From Polyangiales bacterium (lineage in GTDB: Bacteria > Myxococcota_A > Polyangia > Polyangiales > Ga0077539), in NCBI GenBank assembly GCA_044229975.1, contig JBGARZ010000018.1:111482-175481 (forward strand): DNA of 64,000 nucleotides, given 5' to 3'. Numbering within the stretch: the first letter of the stretch is position 1; the number at the start of each line of letters is the position of its first letter. The notes below the pieces were generated by a model, which worked only from the letters and a program-made list of their open reading frames with translations, was not told the DNA's origin and ran no database searches. Of the stretch, positions 9,339 to 16,257 are shown one piece after another. Both the position numbers and the translations under genes were made by a program.

Positions 9339-10825
9339 TTCTTGTAGAGGACTTCGAGGATGGCGGTGCGGCGCGAGGCGTTCTCGTCGAAGGTTACGAC
9401 CTCGTCGTTGGCGAGCGACTCGTGGCCGTGGGCGCGCGCGTAGATGTAGTCGTTGCCCGGGTCGGGCTCGGGCTTGTTCCAGCAGACCTTGAGCGCGAGC
9501 TCGGGCACGCCGAGGGCGAGCTCTTCGAGAATGATGTACCCGCGGTCGGCGGTGTTGTTGTGGTGGTAGTAGGCGCCGCGCAGGGAGGAGTAGTTCATGC
9601 TCTTGAGCGCGCCGTTGTGGCGGGTGAACTTCTTGCCCTTCTCGTCGACCGCGGTGTTGTCACCGGAGTCCGCCCAGCACGGCGTGTGATAGATGCCCAG
9701 GCCGAAGGTGCGGCCCGTGACGTGAACGCCCTTGGGGAGGTTCTTCGGCAGCACGAGGCCCGACTTGAGGACGCCCATGAGGTTCTCGGTCCGGGTGCCG
9801 TGCCAGCCCCAGGTGATGCCGGTGGCCTTCGGCTTCTTGGTGATGGTCGCGGCGTAGTTGTCGAAGAGCGACTTGCGTCCCTGCTGCTCGACCTTCCAGA
9901 TGCGGCCGACCTTGAGCAGGTTGTAGAAGTTGGAGTTCTTCGGCGACTGGCCCTTGGAGAAGAGCTTCTCGATGAGCTTGTACTCGTCGCTCTTCGGGTC
10001 GATGTGCCCGATGTCGCATTTGAGACCGTCGTACCAGACCTCCGTCGGGTCATCGACCTCGGCGGCCTTCGAGAACACGTCGCGCTGGAGGAAGGCGTCC
10101 CTCAGCAGCGTGATGAACTTCCGCTGCTCGTTGATGCGCTCTTCGGAGTTGATGACGATGGCGTCGAGGTCGAGCTTCCCCTTCTTGCGCGCGCCGTCGA
10201 TGTTGCGCGGGATGTTGGAGAGGTACTCGTTGGTGAGCTCGATGTAGTCGTTCTTGGTGGCCTTGGTGGTGCCCTTCACCATCGACTCGGCCTGCTGGAG
10301 AAGGTCGGCGCCCTTGTCCAACTGGCGGTCGGAGAGGTTGCCCAGCGGCGACTCCTTGGTCGCGCCCGCCGACGACGAGAGACCCGCCGCGACGGCCTGC
10401 CCGGTCGCCCCGTAGAGGAGCTTCAGCAGCGACTCCACCTCGGGGTGAAACTCCCTCGTCCGCACGGTCTTCGCCTTCGGCTGCGATGGGTCCGCGGCGG
10501 GCTCGGCGGTCTTCGCGGAGGTCTTGGCCTTCTCCTCGTCGAGCGACCGCATGTCGAGCTTCGTGTAGCCCTTGGCGACCTTCTCGTTGACCTTCTTGTT
10601 GAGGGCAGACTTCGCGGCCACGAGCGTCGACGCCGTGACCTCCTGGGTCTGCCCGGCCTGCCCCACGCGCCCGTAGGTGAAGATCACCCGGAAGGTGCCG
10701 CCCTCGTCGAAGATCTGCGCCTTGTAGAACTTGTTGGACCCCAGGGACGTCGCCCCGGTCTTCTTCCCGGTGAGGTCGGTCCAGTTGAGGGTGACCTCTT
10801 CGACCAGTGTTCCTGTGCTGCTCAT
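9335..10825 (-). CDS. WGR-domain poly(ADP-ribose) polymerase-like ADP-ribosyltransferase
   Basis: WGR domain (NKFY...YGRVG); PARP helical domain (PLGNLSDRQL, ELTNEYLSNIP); catalytic WHGT, FGLGIY, KSMNY, NDEVV. Start set to ATG 10825. Confidence 0.88.
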   Translation of the reverse strand: MSSTGTLVEEVTLNWTDLTGKKTGATSLGSNKFYKAQIFDEGGTFRVIFTYGRVGQAGQTQEVTASTLVAAKSALNKKVNEKVAKGYTKLDMRSLDEEKAKTSAKTAEPAADPSQPKAKTVRTREFHPEVESLLKLLYGATGQAVAAGLSSSAGATKESPLGNLSDRQLDKGADLLQQAESMVKGTTKATKNDYIELTNEYLSNIPRNIDGARKKGKLDLDAIVINSEERINEQRKFITLLRDAFLQRDVFSKAAEVDDPTEVWYDGLKCDIGHIDPKSDEYKLIEKLFSKGQSPKNSNFYNLLKVGRIWKVEQQGRKSLFDNYAATITKKPKATGITWGWHGTRTENLMGVLKSGLVLPKNLPKGVHVTGRTFGLGIYHTPCWADSGDNTAVDEKGKKFTRHNGALKSMNYSSLRGAYYHHNNTADRGYIILEELALGVPELALKVCWNKPEPDPGNDYIYARAHGHESLANDEVVTFDENASRRTAILEVLYKK

Positions 10826-10914
10826 CCGATGGCGCTCCGACGTAGAGGGTTTCAGGGAAAGGGGCTGAGTTGAGGCGGACGGGGATACCACCGGGACGGC
10901 ATCGGATGCGAGGC

Positions 10915-10984
10915 GGGGACGGTCTCAGCTTTTCACCCTTGGACGTTGCCTGACCCCTGAAGGTGAAAAGCTGAGTCCGTCCCC
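10915..10984. repeat. REP-like palindrome, family A copy 1
   Basis: Arms GGGGACGGTCTCAGCTTTTCACC and GGTGAAAAGCTGAGTCCGTCCCC (one mismatch in 23 bp); related copy at 57662-57720. Confidence 0.85.
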
Positions 10985-11187
10985 ACCCGCCTGCGCCGAC
11001 GCGTCGGCGTAGGCCCGGGAGGACATCGCGCCAGAGCGGGGAAAGTGCCGCGACCGTCGCGCTTCGTTGACACCGGCCGGTGAAGTTGGAGAGACTCCCG
11101 TCCGAAGAAACCACCGTAATTCCTGCGGCGGTATCGAAGTCTTCGCGGGCGCTCCAAGGGGCGGGCCCGCGGAGGGGTTGAAGGGCG

Positions 11188-12786
11188 ATGCTGAAGCTCG
11201 TGATCTCCGACGACGAGGGCAAGACGATGGTCATCCCGCTCACCCGGGATGAGCTCACCATCGGTCGCAAGGACGGAAACTCCATCCGCCTCACCGAGCG
11301 CAACGTCTCCCGACGCCACGCGCGCATCGTGAAGCGTTCGGAGGGCTTCTTCCTCGAAGACCTCGCCAGCTACAACGGCATCGTCATCAACGGCGCACGC
11401 CTCGCCGAGCCGAAGCCGATGCGCGGCGGCGACCAGATCCTCATCGGCGACTACAAGCTCCAGGTCGTCGAAGAGGCGGGTGCCCAGCCCACGCCTCCGC
11501 CGCCTGCGCCGCCGCCCGTCGCCTCCGAACACGCGGCCCCGCTCCTCGCCGCCACGCCGAGCACCAACCCGGGCAGCGCGCCGGGCCTCGCCGCCCTCAA
11601 TGACCCGCTCGCGCCTGCGTCGACTGCCAGCGCGCCGGTGCCCGAGAGCATCAAGGGCATGCGCGTGGTGTTTCTCGCGCCCGCCGGCGTGCCCGCCCCG
11701 GTGTTGCTCGACCGCCTCCCGATGATCCTCGGGCGCAGCGAGTCGGCCGACATCGCGCTCGCGTTCAGCTCCATCTCGCGTGAGCACGCGCGGCTCTTCT
11801 GCGAGGACGACAAGCTCTTCATCGAGGACATGGGGAGCTCCAACGGCATCCAGATCAACGGCGAGAAGTGCCGCAAGGGGGAGCTCTCCCCCGGCGACAT
11901 GGTGCAGCTCGGGGTCGTGGAGTTCCGCGTCGCTCGCCGCGGTGACAGCACCGTGGTCATCCAGCGCGCGGCCGCCGACGAGCGCGCCGCCGCGGGCCGA
12001 TCGAACAAGGGCCTCATCGCGGGCGTGGTGTTCGGCGGCGTGTGCCTCGGGCTCCTGGTGCTCTTCATCGCGACGCACCGCACGGGTCCGTCGCCGGTCA
12101 ATCCGCAGCCCGATCCCCCGACGGCCTCGGCCGCCGCGACGCCCACCGCCCCGACGCCTCCAACGACGCCGGTTGCTCCCCCACCGACCCCGGTCGCGCC
12201 CGCCGCCACCCCCGAGTCTGTGCCCGCCGTGGTCGCTGCTGCGGCTCCCGAAGCGGGTGTTGCGCCTGCGCCCGCCGCAGCTGTTGTTGCGCCGCCCACC
12301 GCACCGACCCCGGAGGTCGTTCCTGCCGCGCCTGCGGTGGTGCCTGCGCCGCCCGCTGTCGTCGAGCCCACGCCCCCGGTGAACCAGGTCGTCGAGACGG
12401 CCCACGATCGCCGCGATCACCGCCACCCGACCACCACCCCCGCCGCGACCCCACGCGCCGCGGCGACGCCTCGCCCCGTCACCGCACCGGCCCCCGCGCC
12501 CGCGCCAACCCCGGCGCCCGCGGGTGACCCCGGCGCTTCGCCGATGGACCAGGCGCGCGCCTGCCTCCGCTCTTCGGAGAACATGAACGCCGGCAACCAG
12601 TGCGTTGTCAACGTGCTGCGCGGCCGCGCCAACAGCGAGTCCGAGGTGGGCCTGCTCTGCACGACCTACCGCACCATGAGCCGCACGAGCGACGCGGTGC
12701 GCTGCATGCGCAACTACATCCAGCGCTTCCCCTCCGGCGCGCGCGTCCCGTCCTTCCAGCAGTACATCGACGGCAACAGCCAGTAG
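11188..12786 (+). CDS. Double FHA-domain membrane protein with Pro/Ala-rich linker and small Cys-containing C-terminal domain
   Basis: FHA motifs IGR...VSRRHA...SYNG and LGR...ISREHA...SSNG; TM helix LIAGVVFGGVCLGLLVLFI. Confidence 0.88.
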   Translation: MLKLVISDDEGKTMVIPLTRDELTIGRKDGNSIRLTERNVSRRHARIVKRSEGFFLEDLASYNGIVINGARLAEPKPMRGGDQILIGDYKLQVVEEAGAQPTPPPPAPPPVASEHAAPLLAATPSTNPGSAPGLAALNDPLAPASTASAPVPESIKGMRVVFLAPAGVPAPVLLDRLPMILGRSESADIALAFSSISREHARLFCEDDKLFIEDMGSSNGIQINGEKCRKGELSPGDMVQLGVVEFRVARRGDSTVVIQRAAADERAAAGRSNKGLIAGVVFGGVCLGLLVLFIATHRTGPSPVNPQPDPPTASAAATPTAPTPPTTPVAPPPTPVAPAATPESVPAVVAAAAPEAGVAPAPAAAVVAPPTAPTPEVVPAAPAVVPAPPAVVEPTPPVNQVVETAHDRRDHRHPTTTPAATPRAAATPRPVTAPAPAPAPTPAPAGDPGASPMDQARACLRSSENMNAGNQCVVNVLRGRANSESEVGLLCTTYRTMSRTSDAVRCMRNYIQRFPSGARVPSFQQYIDGNSQ

Positions 12787-12810
12787 TCGTCGCCCCGCCG
12801 CAACGATGGC

Positions 12811-12838
12811 TTGACACCCCATACCGATCGGGTAGTTG
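12811..12838 (+). promoter_or_regulatory. Candidate promoter of rpmI-rplT
   Basis: TTGACA-N16-TAGTTG about 125 nt upstream of rpmI. Confidence 0.5.
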
Positions 12839-12963
12839 TCGCCGCCCTGCGTATCCATCGTCCCCGCACGGATGGTCCGTGTTTACCGCCCGCCTCCAAC
12901 GGGCGAAGCGCCGAGAGGGTCCTCTGACCCGTCGAAGCGTGGGGCGCGCAGTCGAGGCAAACG

Positions 12964-13167
12964 ATGCCGAAGATGAAGACCAACCGCGCCGCGGCCAAGC
13001 GATTCAAGATCACTGGCTCCGGTCGCATCCGCCGCTCCAAGTGTGGCGGCAACCACTTCATGGGAAACAAGGGCTCGCGCCAACTGCGCCGCCTGCGTAA
13101 GAACGACATGGTGCATCCCTCCTTCGAGGGGCGCATCGGTCAGCTCTTCCCCTACGGGCTCCCCTGA
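12964..13167 (+). CDS. rpmI: 50S ribosomal protein bL35
   Basis: MPKMKTNRAAAKRFKITGSG; adjacent to rplT. Confidence 0.96.
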   Translation: MPKMKTNRAAAKRFKITGSGRIRRSKCGGNHFMGNKGSRQLRRLRKNDMVHPSFEGRIGQLFPYGLP

Positions 13168-13184
13168 AAGCGAGCTGAGTACCA

Positions 13185-13562
13185 ATGCCCAGAGCAAAGC
13201 GTGGATTCAAGGCGCGTCGTCGCCGCAACCGGGTGTTCCAGTGGGCGCAGGGTTTCTCTGCGGGCCGCGGTCGCCTCTATGGTCCGGCCCGCGAGGCCGT
13301 GCACAAGGCGTGGTCGTACGCGTACGTGGGCCGCAAGCTCCGCAAGCGTGACTTCCGCCGCCTGTGGATCGCCCGCATCTCCGCGGGTGCCCGCTCCCTC
13401 GGCGTGAACTACTCGCGCCTCATCTCCGCCCTCAAGACCGCCAACATCGGTCTCGACCGGAAGATCCTGGCCGACCTCGCGGTGCGCGACTTCGCCGGCT
13501 TCAAGGCCGTCCTGTCCGCCGCCGGCGTCGAGCTCAAGCCCAACGCCTTCGCCCCCGCCTGA
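13185..13562 (+). CDS. rplT: 50S ribosomal protein bL20
   Basis: MPRAKRG, KRDFRRLWIARISA, LDRKILADLA. Confidence 0.97.
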   Translation: MPRAKRGFKARRRRNRVFQWAQGFSAGRGRLYGPAREAVHKAWSYAYVGRKLRKRDFRRLWIARISAGARSLGVNYSRLISALKTANIGLDRKILADLAVRDFAGFKAVLSAAGVELKPNAFAPA

Positions 13563-13585
13563 TCTCCCACTCCTCACCACGCTGA

Positions 13586-13630
13586 GACCCCTGCACGGAC
13601 GCGTTGCGCCCGGTGGGGGTCGTGTGTTTT
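13586..13630 (+). terminator. Possible intrinsic terminator after rplT
   Basis: Imperfect GACCCC...GGGGTC hairpin followed by GTGTGTTTT. Confidence 0.35.
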
Positions 13631-13665
13631 CATCGCCCTCCGACACCGGGAGGCTGAGGGTATCC

Positions 13666-13947
13666 ATGACGAAGGCCGAGATCGTCGAGAGCATCTATGC
13701 GACCGTGGGCGGCTTCTCCAAGAAGGAGGCCGCCGACCTCGTCGACGCCGTCTTCGACGTGATGAAGCAGACCCTCGCCGAGGGCGACAAGGTGAAGATC
13801 TCCTCCTTCGGCAACTTCCTCGTGCGCGACAAGCACGAGCGCCCCGGGCTCAACCCCCGCACGCTCAAGCCCATCACCCTCGCCGCGCGGCGTGTGGTGC
13901 GCTTCCGCCCCTCGCCCGTTCTCAAAGCCCAGGTCAACGGGCGCTGA
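13666..13947 (+). CDS. ihfA: Integration host factor subunit alpha
   Basis: MTKAEIVE...VKISSFGNF...ARRVVRFRPS; upstream of a MerR gene as in the conserved ihfA-merR arrangement. ATG 13666. Confidence 0.85.
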   Translation: MTKAEIVESIYATVGGFSKKEAADLVDAVFDVMKQTLAEGDKVKISSFGNFLVRDKHERPGLNPRTLKPITLAARRVVRFRPSPVLKAQVNGR

Positions 13948-13976
13948 CCGTTGCACCGCCGGGTGAGCCCCGCGAC

Positions 13977-14435
13977 GTGACCACACCCCTCCCCCCGAAG
14001 AAGTACTTCCGCATCGGCGAGGTCGCGCGCCTCCTCGAAGTCCCCGCCCATGTGCTGCGGTACTGGGAGACGGAGTTTCGCGCCGTCCGCCCGATGAAGT
14101 CGCCCAGCGGGCAGCGCATCTACAGCCGCCGCGACGTCGAGCGCCTCGCCCTCATCAAGCGCCTGCTCCGCGAGGAGCGCTACACCCTCGAAGGCGCCCG
14201 CCGCGCCCTGAAGGAGCGCGGCCTCGACGACGACGCCAACACCCCCGCGCGACCTGAGCTCCTGCGCGGCGCCCTGCTGCGCGCACGAGAGAGGCTCACC
14301 GCCCTGTCCTCCGCCCTCGACGCCCTCACGCTGGTCGAAGCCGACGAGGCCGTGGAGGTCGAGGAGGCCCCGGCGCCCGAGATTCGCGTGACCGAAACCA
14401 CCATCGAGAGCGACCTCGCCGAGCGCAACGGCTGA
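13977..14435 (+). CDS. MerR-family transcriptional regulator (ihfA-associated type)
   Basis: KKYFRIGEVA, VLRYWETEF, GQRIY, YTLEGAR. Confidence 0.92.
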   Translation: MTTPLPPKKYFRIGEVARLLEVPAHVLRYWETEFRAVRPMKSPSGQRIYSRRDVERLALIKRLLREERYTLEGARRALKERGLDDDANTPARPELLRGALLRARERLTALSSALDALTLVEADEAVEVEEAPAPEIRVTETTIESDLAERNG

Positions 14436-14451
14436 GGGTCGCCGAGACGGC

Positions 14452-14479
14452 TTGACTCCCTAGTTCGCCCCCGTACCAT
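14452..14479 (+). promoter_or_regulatory. Candidate sigma70-type promoter of the RimK-like gene
   Basis: TTGACT-N16-TACCAT, 42 nt upstream of ATG 14522. Confidence 0.5.
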
Positions 14480-14521
14480 CCGCGGCCCCTGTCTCGCCGC
14501 GATGCCCTGCGGAGGCCGCTG

Positions 14522-15475
14522 ATGTGGATCCTGATCTTGTCCCGCAAGGCGTCGATCTACTCGACGCGACGACTCACCGAGGCCGCCATCGCGCGGGGCC
14601 ACCAGGTGAGCGTGGTCGACCCGCTGGAGTTCTCCCTCGTCGCCTCGCGGGGGCGGCCGTCGCTCTTCCATCGCGGCGTCGAGGTCGGCGGCTACGACCT
14701 CGTCATCCCACGCATCGGCGCGTCCATCACCAGCTACGGGCTCGCGGTGGTGCGGCAGTTCGACATGCTCGGCGTGCCGGTGCTCAACTCCGCGCTCGCC
14801 ATCGCCCGCTCGCGCGACAAGCTCCGCGCGATGCAACTCCTCACCAAGCGTGACCTCGACATCCCGACGACGGTCTGCACCAAGACCGCGTCGCACATCG
14901 ACGCCGCGCTCGCCCTCGTCGGGGGCCCGCCCGCCATCGTGAAGCTGCACCAGGGCACGCAGGGAATTGGTGTGATGCTCGCGGAGACCCGGCAGGCGGT
15001 GGAGAGCACCTTGGAGGCGTTCTGGACGCTGGGGCAGGACATCATCCTCCAGGAGTTCATCGCCGAGTCGCGCGGCAAGGACGTGCGCGCCATCGTGGTG
15101 GGCCGTCGCGTGGTCGCGGCGATGCGCCGGCGCGCGCAGAAGGGTGAGTTTCGCTCCAACCTGCACCGCGGCGCGGAGCCCGAGGCCATTCCCCTCGACG
15201 AGCTCGACCCGCGCTACGCCAAGGCCGCCGTCGAGGCGTGCAAGGTCATGTCGCTGGAGGTCGCCGGCGTCGACATGCTGGAGACCCGCGGCGGGCCGAA
15301 GATTCTCGAGATCAACAGCTCGCCCGGCCTCGAAGGCATCGAGCGCGCGACGGGGCAAAACGTCGCCGCCGCCGTGATGCGCCACGCCGAGCGCTTCGTG
15401 AAGCGCCGCATGGCGAAGAACGCCAATCCCCTCATCGAGGACGAGCGCTCGCGCCGTCGACGCAAGGGCTCATGA
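14522..15475 (+). CDS. rimK: RimK-family alpha-L-glutamate ligase (ATP-grasp)
   Basis: YSTRRL, IPRIGASIT, SRDKLR, GTQGIGV, FRSNLHRG, EINSSPGLEGIE. Confidence 0.9.
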   Translation: MWILILSRKASIYSTRRLTEAAIARGHQVSVVDPLEFSLVASRGRPSLFHRGVEVGGYDLVIPRIGASITSYGLAVVRQFDMLGVPVLNSALAIARSRDKLRAMQLLTKRDLDIPTTVCTKTASHIDAALALVGGPPAIVKLHQGTQGIGVMLAETRQAVESTLEAFWTLGQDIILQEFIAESRGKDVRAIVVGRRVVAAMRRRAQKGEFRSNLHRGAEPEAIPLDELDPRYAKAAVEACKVMSLEVAGVDMLETRGGPKILEINSSPGLEGIERATGQNVAAAVMRHAERFVKRRMAKNANPLIEDERSRRRRKGS

Positions 15476-16233
15476 GCGGCGTCGAGCGCCTCGACGAAGG
15501 GGCCGTGCAGGTGCTGCGGGTCAACCGCCCCGAGCGCAAGAACGCCCTCGACCCGGAGGCCCTCAAGGCGCTGCTCGGACACGCCGAGGCGATGCGGAGC
15601 ATGCCCGCCGTGCGCGGCGTGATCCTGGCGGGTGAGACGTCGTGCGGGGTCTTCGTGAGCGGCGGTGACCTGCAGGCGCTGAAGGGTGTTCGCACGGCGC
15701 GGGGCGCGCGAGACCTGGCGCGCAAGGCCCACGCGGCGGTCGACGCGCTGCGGGCGCTGGGCGTGCCGCTGGTGGCGGCCGTGGAGGGCGATGCGTTTGG
15801 CGGGGGCTGCGAGCTCGCGGCGGCGTGCGACTACCGCGTGGCCGAGCGGCACGTGCGCTTCCATTGGGTGCAGGCGCGCATGGGCGTCACCACGGGCTGG
15901 GGCGGCGCGGCCAACCTGCTCGACCTGGTGAGCCGCGGCACCGCGATGCGATGGCTGCTGACCGCGGAGCCCGTGTGGGCCGACGAGGCGCACGCGGCGG
16001 GCTTCGTCGACGAGGTGGCGGAGGCGGGCGGCGCCCTCGACGCGGCGCGGGCGCTCATCGGGCGCGTCGCGCGGCAGCCGAAGGCCGGAACGCGACGGAT
16101 GGTGTTTCTCCTGCGAGAGACCACGCGGATGGACGCGCGGCGGGCGCGGGTGCTGGAGCTCGATCACTTCGGGCGATCGTGGGCGACGACCGACCACCAC
16201 GAGGCCGTAGCGAGGTTTCTCCGCAAGGCATAG
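15472..16233 (+). CDS. Enoyl-CoA hydratase/isomerase family protein
   Basis: NRPERKNAL, FVSGGDL, AFGGGCELAAACDYR; ATGA overlap with rimK. Confidence 0.9.
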   Translation: MSGVERLDEGAVQVLRVNRPERKNALDPEALKALLGHAEAMRSMPAVRGVILAGETSCGVFVSGGDLQALKGVRTARGARDLARKAHAAVDALRALGVPLVAAVEGDAFGGGCELAAACDYRVAERHVRFHWVQARMGVTTGWGGAANLLDLVSRGTAMRWLLTAEPVWADEAHAAGFVDEVAEAGGALDAARALIGRVARQPKAGTRRMVFLLRETTRMDARRARVLELDHFGRSWATTDHHEAVARFLRKA

Positions 16234-16257
16234 CGTCACCCTTCGGAGGTGACGAGC

